This document shows positions 36,272-49,266 of a DNA stretch of 64,000 nt, one piece after another. The stretch is from Podospora anserina (Eukaryota). The translations under genes and the position numbers were made by a program. How positions within the stretch are numbered: the stretch's first letter is position 1; each line of letters begins with the position of its first letter. The stretch lies in assembly GCA_017654855.1 (NCBI GenBank), contig CM030334.1:1116001-1180000 (forward strand), written 5' to 3'. A model generated the notes under the pieces. The model was not told the DNA's origin and searched no databases. It saw only the letters and a list, made by a program, of their open reading frames with translations.

Positions 36272-39200
36272 ATGGCGCACCTCACCCTCGCAGGTGACTC
36301 CTGCTTCACGGCCTCCGAGGCCCAGAAGCTCAAAGATCAGATCAACAAGATAGCGCCCATCAAGGTGTCCAAGCTCGCCGGCTCCTGGATCTACTACGCC
36401 CACATCAACGGCGACGCCAATGCCGCGAAGCAAACCCTCTCCCAGTTTCTCCCGCTCTCCGGCTCATCCACTCCTCCTCTCACTCACATCGGTTACGGCC
36501 GCCAATGGTTCGTGACACCGCGATATCTCTCGCCATGGAGCTCCAAGGCCACCATGATTGCCCATGTTTGCGGCTTCGAGAACCAGATTCAGCGGATAGA
36601 GCGCGGACGCATCATCACCATCGAGTTTGATCAGCCTTATAACGACAAGACTGTTCCATTCAAGGATGTTCTGCATGATCGCATGACCGAGCACCTCACG
36701 ACAGAAGAGCCGGATCTCAACACCATGTTTGCCGAAAGCGAGCCCGCTCCTTTGGAGGTCGTTGACATATTTGCCGAAGGCCGGGACCCGGTCCAGGTGC
36801 TCAATGAGTACAACAAGGCTCGCGGCCTGGCCCTGGATCAGTCTGAGGTGGAGTACTTGGTGGAGCAGTTCACCAAGCTGGGCCGCCCTCCCCATGATAT
36901 CGAGCTCTTCATGTTTGCTCAGGTCAACTCGGAGCACTGTCGTCACAAGCAGTTCAACGCTAACTGGACTATCGATGGCATCACCAAGGAGCACAGCTTG
37001 TTTGGCATGATCAGGAATACCCACAAGGCCACCCCTGATTTCACCGTTTCGGCTTACAGCGACAATGCGGCTGTCATTCAGGGTGAAAACGCCAACCTGT
37101 GGGCCCCTGACTACTCTACTGGCTCCTGGAAGTTGAACAAGGAGCTTATTCACGTTCTCGCCAAGGTTGAGACACACAACCACCCGACCGCCATTGCCCC
37201 TTTCCCCGGAGCTGCCACTGGCTCTGGTGGTGAGATTCGCGATGAGGGTGCCGTTGGCAGGGGCTCCATGCCCAAGGCTGGTCTCTGCGGTTTCTGGGTC
37301 TCTGATTTGCATATCCCCGAGCACAAGGCGCCCTGGGAAATCGATGTCGGTCGCCCTGCTCACTACGCCAGCAGTCTTGACATCATGTTGGAGGCCCCCA
37401 TTGGAAGTGCCCGGTTCAACAACGAATTCGGTCGCCCATGCTTAACCGGTACTTTCAGAACTCTCCTTACTGCCGATGACACCAAGGCCGAGGGCGAGTT
37501 CCGTGGCTACCACAAGCCTATCATGATTGCTGGTGGCGTCGGTACTGTGAGAGAGAAGCACGCCCTCAAGGATCCCAAGGATGTTCAGGAGGGTGCTCAT
37601 GTTATCGTCCTCGGTGGACCTGCCATGTTGATTGGTCTGGGTGGTGGTGCTGCGTCCAGTAACGCTTCCGGAGAGGGTAACGCCGACCTTGATTTTGACA
37701 GTGTGCAGCGTGGCAACCCTGAAATGGAACGCCGTGCGCAGATGGTCATCAACACTTGCGTCGCTCTCGGAGACCACAATCCCATTGCCATGATTCACGA
37801 CGTTGGTGCTGGTGGTCTTTCGAATGCTCTACCTGAGCTCGTCAAGGATGCTGGCTTTGGTGGAAGATTCGAGCTTCGCCAGGTCGAGTGCGTCGATCGC
37901 GACATGAGCCCTCTCCAGATTTGGTGCAACGAAGCCCAGGAGCGCTATGTCATCCTGGTGAACAGCGATGGCATGGAGCGCTTCACTGCTATCTGCAGTA
38001 AGTTTGATTTATTTTTCAGAGTCGCATTGTGCTCTTGACTGACTGGGCAATAGGACGTGAACGCTGCGGTTTCTCGGATGTTGGAACTGTCTTGTCCAAG
38101 GAAGAGGACGGTGTCTCTAGACTGGTTCTCAGCGACAAGGAGTCGAAGGAGTACCCCCGCCCTATTGATGTCCCTATGGACGTTCTTTTCCCCAAGGGCC
38201 GCAAGCTCGAGCGCATTGTCAGCTCCAAGAAGCCTACCTGGCCCGTTTTCGAGCCCGTCGCCAGCCTCAAGGCTGCTCTTGGCGATGCTGCCAGCGACGC
38301 CGATCTTTTCAAGCAAGCTGTCCAGAGAGTATTCTGGCTGCCTTCCGTTGGCTCCAAGTCATTCCTCATCACCATCGCCGATCGCACCGTCGGTGGTCTT
38401 ACCATTCGCGACCAAATGGTTGGCCCATGGCAGACACCAGTTGCTGACGTCGCCGTCACGGCTACTTCGTTCAGCTTGAACGGTATGAAGACTGGTGAGG
38501 CGATGGCCATGGGTGAGAAGCCAACACTGGCTTTGATCTCTCCTGCTGCCTCCGCCAGAATGGCTGTTGCCGAGAGTTTGTTGAACCTCGGTGCTGCCGA
38601 TATCAAGGGTGGCTCCTACAGAGGCGATCTCAAGCGTGTGAAGCTTTCCGCCAACTGGATGGCCGCTGTCAACCACCCCGGCGAGGGTGCTGCTCTCTAC
38701 GAGGCTGTCGAGGCCATCGGTATGGAGCTCTGCCCTAAGCTCGGCGTCAGCATTCCTGTTGGCAAGGACTCCACCTCGATGAAGGCCAGCTGGAAGGACG
38801 GGGAGACTAAGAAGAGTGTTACCGCTCCCGTGTCGGTCGTCATTTCTGCCTTTACCCTGGTTGAGGATGTTCGCCGTACCTGGACTCCCCAGCTTCGCCG
38901 TGTTGAGGATGTCGGCGAGACTGTGCTCCTCTATGTCGACTTGGCCCAAGGCCACAAGGCTCTTGGCGGCTCTGCTCTTGCCCAGGCATTTGGTGCCATC
39001 GGCCACGAAGCCCCAGATGTCCGTGATGTGGATCTCCTCAAGGATTACTTTGACGCTCTTGCCCAGCTTCACGAGAGCGGCATCGTTCTTGCCTACCACG
39101 ATGTCTCTGATGGTGGCCTTGTCACCACCGTCGCTGAGATGATGTTCGCTGGTCGCTGCGGCGTTGATGTCATGATGGATGGTGTTGCCAAGTCTGGCAG

Positions 39201-40395
39201 CCTTGCTGACATGACCGAGGCTCTGTTCCACGAAGAGTTGGGTGCCGTCTTCCAGGTTCGCGCTTCAGACGAGACCAACTTTAAGAGATGCTTCGCCACT
39301 TGTGGCCCTCCTGCGGGGCTCATCAAGAAGATTGGTGTTGTCCAGGACTCGTCTAAGCAGAACCTCAACATCCGTTACGGAGAGGGTGCTCCCTTCGCCA
39401 GCCTTGACAGAGCCGAGATGCAGCAATGGTGGTCCAAGGTCTCTTACGAGATGCAGAAGCTCAGAGACGACCCCTCCTGCGCCGAGTCTGAGTATGCCAC
39501 CATTGCTGACTCTGCCGACCCCGGTCTTTCTTACAACCTGACCTTCTCGCCTGCCGAGAACATTGTTCCTCTGACCGCCTCGATTACTGGCTTCTTCGGC
39601 AAGAGCCCTCGCGTTGCCATCCTTCGCGAGCAAGGTGTCAACGGCTACGCCGAAATGGCTTTCGCTTTCCGCGCTGCTGGCTTCGACGCTGTCGATATCC
39701 ACATGACCGACATCATCAACGGCCGCTCCCTGGCCGACTTTGTCGGTCTCGCTGCCTGCGGTGGCTTCTCCTTTGGTGACGTTCTCGGCGCCGGCCAGGG
39801 TTGGGCCAAGTCCATCCTCCTCCACGAAAAGTCCCGCAAGGAGCTCGCCGAGTTCTTCCAGCGCAAGGATACCTTCGCTCTCGGAGTCTGCAACGGTTGC
39901 CAGATGCTTTCCCGCTTAAAGGAGCTCATCCCAGGCGCCGAGGACTTCCCCGCCTTTGTCCAGAACAACTCTACCCAGTTCGAGGCCCGCTACAGCATGG
40001 TCAAGATCGAGGACAACCCGTCCAACCCCTCTGTCTTCTTCAACGGCATGAACGGCTCCTCCCTGCCCATCGTTGTTTCTCACGGCGAGGGCCGTGCCGA
40101 GTTCCAGAGCCAGCAGCAGTTCCAGAGCTTGACTGAGTCGGGTGGCATTCCCATCAGATACATCGACAATAGACTCGAGGTCACCGAGACATACCCCTAC
40201 AACCCCAACGGCAGCCCTGGCGGTATCGCCGGTGTTGCTAGCAGGGATGGAAGGGTGTTGGCTATGATGCCTCACCCCGAGAGAACCATCATGGCGGATG
40301 TGACGAGCTACGCGCCCAGGGAGGATGTTGAGCAGTGGGGCGAGTTTGGTCCTTGGTTGAGAATGTTTAGGAGTGCTAGACGCTGGGTTGGGTAG
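36272..40395 (+). CDS. ADE6: Phosphoribosylformylglycinamidine synthase (FGAM synthase, PurL)
   Basis: [44 protein letters not shown], glutaminase LGVCNGCQ and MMPHPER. One intron (~37998-38053). Confidence 0.97.
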
Positions 40396-41315
40396 ATAGC
40401 CTTACCTGAGGCCGGCTTGATTGAAATGAAATAAACGAACAAAAATAGACATTAAGGTGTTTTGCTGGCGGAGGCGTTTATGGGGATATATGGTGTAGGG
40501 GCTTTGTGTCATAAAAAGAAAATGGGAGGCATACATTTGTTGGGTGGGTGGGTTTGATTTTGTTTTCTTTTTATATGAGGAGGGAAGTAAAAGGGTATTG
40601 GAATGAATGTAACTAGATGAAAATCAAAGAGATAGAATAGGGCTGGCTAGGTCTCGTGTAAATAGGCACTAAATGGTTATCACGGTGTGATATGCATCAC
40701 TGTTTCTTTTTTGATCGGGTCTACCTTATGTGAGTAATTGAATCTTGAACTCTGTCACCTGTTGTTGGACATTAGATACCCGAGGTTGTCATGAATCCAT
40801 CTTGAGGGCCTGCTCAATCAAGAGGGCTTTCTTAGTGAGGTAGGTATCTGAGTAATTCATCAGTTAGCTACTTGAAGCGTTTTGCCATATTGGTTCAAAG
40901 CCGCAATAATACCTAGGTAATTTACCAGATTGAAAGCCGCATTTTATCATTCCCTCAAAAGATATATATGACGGCATCGTTATGGCTGAGCAGCGACCAG
41001 CGACTTGACTTGAATATATATTCAATGTTTCAGCTCGGGAAATCCTCCTCTTCTCAACTCGTCTGTTGTTCATCTCTCAATGTAAATCTTCAAAATTCAT
41101 TTGAAATCGTGAAGTCTATCTGCCTCGCTCGAACAAGAGACAATTGAGCATCGACCTTGCTTTTAACGCTCCCTCCTCATAAAAAAACAGCACAACATAT
41201 CTAGGTATTCTTCCACATAATAACGGACCAAAAAGAATCGGGACATGTCCATCTATTATTACGAATTGACAAACGAAGCAAGACTGGTGATTAGGTATAG
41301 TGAATATCACACAGC

Positions 41316-42565
41316 TCAAGGAGCACCACTGCCCCGACCAGCACCAGCACCAGCACCAGCACCACCAGCACCACCAGCACCGCCCATCATATTTCTGGCC
41401 CTGTTTTCATCTTCATCAGTAATATGTTCAATCAACAAGTTTCATGAACAAAACTCACATCTCAGCAATAGAAGGATCAGACATCAAACTCCCAATATCC
41501 GGCAGCCCACCCCCGCTACCAAACGAGTTGGCCATATCCCTCAACCTAGGGTTATTCATCAAGTTGGCCATCATGTCTGGGTTGCTCATCAGGTTCTGCG
41601 CCATGCTCGCAAACATGGGGTTGTTCATGATGGCACCGAAATCCAATCCACCTGGACCGCCGCCACCGCCCCCTCTGCCACCGCCGCCGAGCATACCAGC
41701 CAGGTCGGCCAGACTGGGAGTACCGCCGCCTCCTGCAGAGGGAGAGGCGCTTCGAGCAGTGGCACTAGCTGACTCCTCGGCCTCAATCTCCGCTACCCTC
41801 CTCTTGGCTGTTTCGTACCCCTTCTTCATGGCGTCGCTGCCACCGTTACCCTCGTACTCGATACCCTTCTGGTAGGCCTCCATGGAGCCCTTGGCGTCAC
41901 CGAGAGCGAAACGGGCGAGACCGAGGCGAGACCAGGCTTTGGTGTATGTTGGCTCAATAGCAACGGCAGCTTCGGCATCCGCCTTGGCGGACTCGTGGTC
42001 CTTGGCCGCGGAGTAGGCGGCGGCGCGGTTGGATAGGAAAATGGCGTTGCCGGGGTGGACCGACAAGGCCTGTGTGTAGTAGTTAATGGCGGTAGGGTAA
42101 TCCTTTTGGGCCATTGCCGCGTTGCCCTTGGACTTCAAGGACTCGGCCTGCTTCTTCTGCTCTTCCGTCACGGCGGTTGATGGTGGTGGGGCGCTGGAAG
42201 AACCTGCAGACTGAGAGGAGGCGGGAGCGGTGACATTCTTCAACTTCTCGTAGACAGAGTATATCTGGAGGAGGTTTTGGGAGCCGATGGCTGAAGAGAC
42301 AGCGGCCTTGTCGGAGAAATCGACCGAGAACGCCTCGGTGATGCAGTTGATGGCGATGTCGATGTTGTCGGAGTCTTCCTCGCGGAGGGTGCCGTCTTTG
42401 AGGGAGGAGGACAGGAAGTCGCAGACTGCGAGGGCGAGGCGCTGCTTGGAGTTTTGGGCTGCCTGTGGTGGGATAGTTAGATTCCCATATATTCATATAT
42501 GAAGATAGGGGTAGAAGGCGAAGTTGCGGCTGCTACCCCGCGCAAAGAAAGGTGATGAATACCAT
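41316..42565 (-). CDS. SGT2: Small glutamine-rich TPR co-chaperone Sgt2
   Basis: N-term dimerisation domain KQRLALAVCDFL, three TPRs (AESLKSKGNAAMAQKDY...; YTKAWSRLGLARF), STI1-like MNNP repeats. The first coding exon is likely only ATG; last intron ~41401-41459. Confidence 0.92.
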
Positions 42566-43217
42566 TATGAAAAGGAAAGCAGATCTCCTGCTGGCGGCGG
42601 ACTGGGTATCTTGAGGTGAAAGGACGATGGTTTGATGTATCCCGGCAGAAACCCAAAAGCAAAGAGGAAAGTAGATGGAAATTGGTAGTCAGCTAGTTAA
42701 GTTTGTTGGCGGGGCTCGGTTTCAACCCAAGAGCCAGATGCGTCGGCTGGATTCCACACAAGTCGATGGAGGGGTGGAGGTTGGAGGTGGGATATGCGTG
42801 GGTCTGGAACCTTGACGTCTACAGAAAATATCCGGCCATGGCGGGCAGCTGCAAGAAACGGTAGCAGCTATTCTGTAGCGCTCCGGCACTAGTACCAAAC
42901 GGGAGAGGTGCCGGTTGGGCGCAAATCAAATAGTGGGGCTCGCTGATGTCAACTGCAAACCCCTGGTCTGGGAGCTCTCAACTCGAGCCGCCGACTTCTA
43001 AACTTCCAGGCGTTGAACTCACCAACACCGTTGCCCAGAATTGATCACTATTTATAAGAGTCGAAGTGCCGATATAACCGGGGCAACCACAGTCGCGTGT
43101 ACTCTTTGAGTATAACTTTTTGGTTACATTATCACATGCTTCTTCTCTGCTGACTGACTGTCCCAACAGCGACAGCCGATCCTCCTGTTCCGTCACCCAT
43201 ACCTACCTACACCAACA

Positions 43218-44159
43218 ATGGCGACGCCATCAGGCGCAAGCAGCCCAACCGGGTCGCTCACACCCTCCACCTCAGTTCACCCCTCCATCGTACCAGCACC
43301 TTACGCCGAGAACGACCAGCACGTCTGCTTCATCTGCCTCCAGAACGAGAACGACACCCCCGACGCGACCTGGGTCCATCCATGCCCATGTACCCTCGAA
43401 GCCCACCAAGACTGCATGTTACAATGGGTAGCAGAGATGGAAGTTTCCAACCGGCGGTCAAAGAACGGTCTCCAATGCCCAGCTTGCAAATCCCCCATCA
43501 CAGTCGAAGAACCCTACGATGCCATCGTCGCCTTGCGCAACCGCTTCAACCGGAAGTTCAGCCGAATATCCCCAGGCCTTCTTGTCCTCATAGTCAGTGA
43601 ATGCAGCGTTGTTGGCGCCGCTAGCTATGGCTTTGCTGCGATCACAGTATTTGCCGGGCGGAAGGCTGTCGCGTCCATGGTTGACAAGATGGGGGTAATA
43701 CCTACGGTAATTACATGCTCCTTGATCGGGCCGGGGTTGGTGCTGTCAAGGTGGTTGGCTTCCTTGGGCAACTTGGTGGTGTTGCCAGTTAGTGCACTGG
43801 TAAGTTCCCCCCTCATGTCAATTCTCACCACTTCAAATTATCTGTTAACATCCTCTACAGTACAGCACGTTCCTAATCGGCCGCAGTCAACCTCTCACCT
43901 GGCCCCCATCACCAGTATGGGCCGTGGCTTTGATGCCGAGCGTCCAATTCGCTTACACGTTTCTCTACTACGAGCTCTTTGGCAAGCTGGAAAAGCGGCT
44001 CAACCGAGCCCTCCGTGGCAGGCCCATGGATGAAGAGCCGCCGAACGAGGCACAGCAGCAACAGCAACCACCACCTATCCAAGCTGTCGCAGCTAATGGC
44101 CAGCAGCAACAACGGCAACCTGGCGAACAACAACAACCACCACCACAAAACGGAGCAGG

Positions 44160-44222
<63 letters not shown>

Positions 44223-45024
44223 CCAAAGAGAAGGCGAAAACGGAGAAGAAGGCATGTGGGACGCGGTAATCAATCTCGGCCGCGCGGTGGTGGGCCTCTT
44301 TGGGGATGACGACGACCAAGCAGATGCTGATCTTGATGACGACGATGTAATGGGCAGAGCCGATGAAATCGTCTTTGAGGTGCAGCTCAATCTCGGAGAT
44401 GACGGGCATGACCATGATCATGATCATCACCACCACCATCACAACGATGACGATCAAGATGAAATGGGGAATATTCATATGGATGTGGCTGTTCCTGCTG
44501 GGCTTCCTGCACCTCCGCCGGCAGCGGCACAACAACCGGCTCCTCCGCCACAGAACAACAACCGCCGCAACCTCCGCAACCACCGCAACCGCGACAACAA
44601 CGAAGTTGCCCGTCCACCACCCGGTCCGAACGGGGAGGGGGAAACGAATTTCTTGTCGCTGTTTATTAATTCGATAGTCTCGTCGCTTCTCATGCCGGTG
44701 ATTTCGTTTGGCATGGGGGAGGCGATTCGGTTCTTGGCGCCCAAGTCGTGGGTTACGAGGTCGATCTTTCAAAGGGATTCAATCTGGTCGTCGATTTGGG
44801 GTGGTGGTGGGAGGAGGAGGACTATTCCTGTTGCTGCTGGGACTGGCGGGGTGTTTGCGCCTAGTATACTGCAGCATCAGTGGGGGAGGAGTTTGGTCGG
44901 GGGGTGTTTGTATGTGGTGCTGAGGGACGCCTGGACGCTGTATGTCAAGTGGAGGAGGGTGCAGGTGAAGCAGAATAGGAGGGTGAAGAATGTGGAGAGA
45001 CGGGCGGCGGGGAAGGATAACTAG
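43218..45024 (+). CDS. RING-variant (C4HC3, MARCH-like) membrane E3 ubiquitin ligase
   Basis: CFIC..WVHPCPCTLEAHQDCMLQW..CPAC, followed by TM segments and C-term WGRSLVGGCLYVVLRD. Intron 43800-43860. Confidence 0.85.
44161..44223 (+). repeat. Perfect (AAC)21 microsatellite encoding poly-Asn
   Basis: Directly visible, in frame within the RINGv gene. Confidence 0.95.
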
Positions 45025-45317
45025 GAGGGGGAGAAGGGGGGTAGATCATTTGTAATGAGACTATATTTTGTAGTACTATCTGGAAAGTTAGGTGATTTGG
45101 CGGTTAGGATGGGGTTACCTAGGTTGGGCTTATGAACAGCGTAACTGCATTGGTCTATTTTTGTTGAGAGAATTACGAGAGGGTGGACAGACAGAAAAGA
45201 CAGCTTCCAGAATAGGTTCACTGAAAGTGAAATGGAAACCCAAAGGCAATTGAACAAAAAATGTTTCAACTAATTCTCAGTTCATGAATTCTCTAGGTAT
45301 CCCAAGCCCCAACCATC

Positions 45318-46987
45318 TCAATACACCTCACTACCCCTATCCCTATCATCCACCACCACCGGCCCGGGCTTATCGTCCACCAAGTAAACCGCGCTCCCAC
45401 TCCCCGGTTTACTCACCACCACCGCAGCCTCCTTCTGCTCCTCGCTCAAGTCCAACTTGCTGTAATACTCCCTCTCCCACGCCTCCCTCACAGCCTTGAC
45501 CTTGCCAGCAGGCACGAGATGGACCGAACAACCACCCCACCCAGCACCCGTCAGTCTACTCCCATAGCTCCCCGCCTTTCTCGCGATAGAACACAGCTCG
45601 TCAATCTCCTTGCAGCTGCACTCGTAGACATCCCGGCACGAGTCCTGGGTTTGGTTGAGCAGGTCGCCTAATTGGGCATTGTACTCTGATGTGTCATCCG
45701 TGTTTGTCGGTTGCTGCTCAAGCAAGGACATAAACTTTAGCACCCTTAACGCTTCGCTAAACACGTGGAGGGCTCTCTGTCTCAACTTGAACTTCTCCGC
45801 CCGGACGGGGAAGCGAGAGGTGAATTTCTTGTTGAGTTCATCGACTGAGATGTTAAGGACGGCGGCGATCTCCTCGCGGGTGTAGCCGTCCCTCTTGTCG
45901 AGCTTTTCTGCTGTGAGAGCAACCAACTCTTCAAGTTGGGACTCGGTCGACTTGGACTTTGTCGCGCCAGAAGAGTGCTCCTGGAGGGCAAAGTACGTTT
46001 CGTGAAAGCCGTGAAGACTGACCGAGAGCGGGCTGGCGTCAGATGGGAGTTGGGTTCCGGGGGGGTTGAGAACGGCGTTGAGGTAGGCAGCGGCGAGAGA
46101 GCATTCTACCACCCGGAGGTTGTAGTGGACGGGGCCAGTGACGAACTTGTCGGCTGTGACGAAGGATTGGGCGATGAGGAAGGTGAGTTCGGGGTTAGTC
46201 TTGGGGAACGAGACCGGGCGGGCTTTGAGGGAGGGAGTGAAGGAGACGAAGAGGGCTGAGCCGCGTTCTGAGAAGACGGAGGCGGATTGGTCCATTCTGG
46301 AGACATGTCAGCGATGGTCATTAATGGTATAAGATGGTGATGAACTTACCCGCCCGAGTTGACACCAACAGCCCGCTCGCTCACAATAGCCAGCTCAGTC
46401 AACTCAGTCTTGTCCACAGTCTTCTCACCATTGGCCACCATGACAGCCAGAGCACTCGAGCTCACAAATGCAGCGCTGGAGCTCAAGCCACCACCCGCCG
46501 GAACTGTCCCATCCATCAAGATTTGCATGCTCTTTGGCTCGAAGTCATTGCCGTGCTTCTTGCGCAGCAGCTCCAAAGCACCCTTGAGGCCAGACTTGAA
46601 GTAGTTGGTCCACTCGTGAACAGTAGCATCGATATCCACGGCTTCATAGGGAATGTCAAACTCGTGAGCGGGGAATTTGGCGTCTTGAACATTGGCGATC
46701 TTGATCTTGTAGTGGCCTTCCTTGGTGTTGGTAGAGGCAACGTTGGTTGATACAGCAAGGAGTGAGTCGGCAGTGATGGCCATGGGGAGGACGGGGTAGA
46801 GAGAGTAGTCGATGTGCTCGCCGATGATGTTCACTCTGCCGGGTGATCTAGCCACGAACTCGGCTGGCTGGCCGTAGATGGTCTGGAAGCGAGCGAGGAG
46901 GTTGTTCCATCTCTTTGCTTGAGTGCCGATGGCATCAACGGTGTAGATGTCGCTCAGAGAGCTGGCGACGGGGACAGGGCCGGCCAT
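45318..46987 (-). CDS. GAL1: Galactokinase (GHMP kinase)
   Basis: RSPGRVNIIGEHIDY, VPAGGGLSSSAA, GVNSGG|MDQ, GSRLTGAGWGG. One intron near 46297-46349. Confidence 0.95.
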
Positions 46988-49266
46988 TTTGGATGGTAGC
47001 CTCCGGTTCTAGGGCAGGTATCTTGTCGTAAAGGTGAGCTCTGGGACCGGCAGATCGTAAAAGAAGGTATTCATATACCGGAGCGTATCGTGGTGATGCG
47101 GATGATTAGGGTGAGGTTGTGGTGAGCGAAAGATATGTGCCCCGCGTTCAGTCGATGAGAAGAAGTAAAATGCCCCGCACTACGGTCATGAGGCCGTATA
47201 ATTTGGGAAGTACGATGGCGGGCAGCTGCACGCCTGTTCAACCTGTTCAACGGTGGAATCGACCAATAGCTGCTGTCAAGGAGGTGTTTGTGCAGGCAAA
47301 TTAGGCAAGTGCTTCCACATCTCGCCTGTCCTCGGTGTCGTCATGCCCTCTGTCTCCCCACACGAGCTGCTTCTCGCCGAGTATTTGACCGCAGCGGAGC
47401 TCATGCAGTCCTCCTTCTTTTACATGTCATTATGTTCAGGTAAAGGTCTCGATGCCGAGAAGACAAATCTTCGTTCGAGGTAGCCGTTATCTACATTTCA
47501 AACACTACTCTGTATGTGTTCATTATTGCGCCCATAACCAAAAGCTTGATCCTTGGAACCCCAAGATTTGGAGAACTGGCGGGGTTTGCTCCGGAGTCTG
47601 GAGCCACGGGGCCGATCCCGGCGGCTCCACACTCCAACTCCCGGCTCCGCTAGTCCCGGACTTGGTGTAAGTGGCACCTTGATTTCCGAGGAACAGGCTT
47701 TTCCTCAGGCATGTCAGGGTTCAAGAAGAACTTTCAGCATCACAAATCCATAATCGCCATCTCTGGTGGAAAGAAGGTCCTTGTCATGTGAACTTGGTGC
47801 TGTATCTACCAGCCATGCCAATACTTCATATGCACCGCAGAAACAGTTAATTTTGCTATTTTAATAGGTGTAAACTGAGCCAAACAAATGACCATTGACA
47901 AACATACTCATACATCAACAACAATCTATTTTTGACATTTCTCACCACCATATCTGATGAAAATCACCTACCAAACCACCACACCCACTCCCAATCCCCA
48001 TCCTATCATATTTCCCCTAGACAGGTCAAAAAAGCAAAATCAGCAAATGTTGCTACAACTCCAGATTCCCACATTTCCGATTGCAGAAAACAGCAAAATG
48101 CTAGCAACCACACAAATCTCAAGACTCAAAACCCATCGCACATGTACACCATCACCATTCAAACCCCCTCTCCTCTCCCGTCCTCTCCCCCCCCTAGTCA
48201 CCTATCCTCCCGGATGTCGGATCTGTTTTTCATCTCAAACCACCCATCCCATCATGACGTGTCCCAAACCACAAAAGTCAAACGCCACACAGGCACCGTA
48301 CGGATATTTCTGCTGGTCGTCATCAGCACCACAAGAGTGTTATGTGCTTGCCGAGTTGTTTCGTCTCTCCCCCTCCCTCCACCTGCAAAAATGATCGGTC
48401 GGTCGGTGATAGGGTTATTTGTCTTCCTTGGGGTGCTTTTCGCACCAAAACAACAAACAAGCATTAGCGGGTGTTTCTTCTTTCATATGGAGGAAAGGAA
48501 AGGAGGTAGGTTGGAATGCGTACAGGGCAGTTGGTGCATGTGCACTGGCCCTTGGGGCAGGTGCACGTTCCCGAGGTTGAGCAGCCGCAGTCACTCATCG
48601 TGGTGGTGGTGGTGTGGGGGGGGTTTTTTGTCTTTCTCAAACCAAGTATGATTTTCGATTGGTGTACGATGAGGATATTTTTTGCTGTGGGAAATTGCAG
48701 AAACGAAAATCACGGTTCAAGTTAAGGGAGGAAAGGTAAGACGGGGAACTTCCGGGAGGAGGGGCTATATAGTTGAAGATGGGGCTGTCAAGGCAGCAGG
48801 AATCTTATTCAAACCTATGGACGGGCCGGGGCCGCGTGTTGGGCGGATCTTATCCTGGTGGCTGATCGGGGAGGGCTTTTGGGGGGATGACGTCGGGGGG
48901 ACGTAAACAAAGACGGGGTTTTAGGGGTCCACGCTGTGACGCCAGGGCGGGATTACGAGATGTGGCTGGTTTGGTGGTGAATGAGTCGTGATAGAGGTGA
49001 GCTAATGATTCGTATTGGGGGAGCTAGATAGGCGGAGGGTGTTTCCGGTGGGAGCGGCGACATCGATAAGGTTCGTGAGTTGGGATGAATGAAGATGCCA
49101 ACCTCTCCTGAACTTTTGATCAATTGATTATAGACATGTCTAGCGTGTATGTCACTGAAGAGTGGACTTGCTTGTCAGTTCTGTGGCCTATCGAAATGAA
49201 AGTCATTTGTTCCATTACTTGTTTCTACATGTATGATCACAGCGCATCTCGTGGTCGTATCATCAT

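Noticed and set aside
36464-40275. Several long - strand ORFs (up to 299 aa)
   Set aside because: Antisense shadows of the codon-biased ADE6.
45318-46987. Possible GAL gene cluster
   Set aside because: No GAL7 or GAL10 nearby; an isolated galactokinase is normal in filamentous ascomycetes.
47932-48651. 239-aa ORF upstream of GAL1
   Set aside because: TTG start, low-complexity UTR-like composition, no domain.
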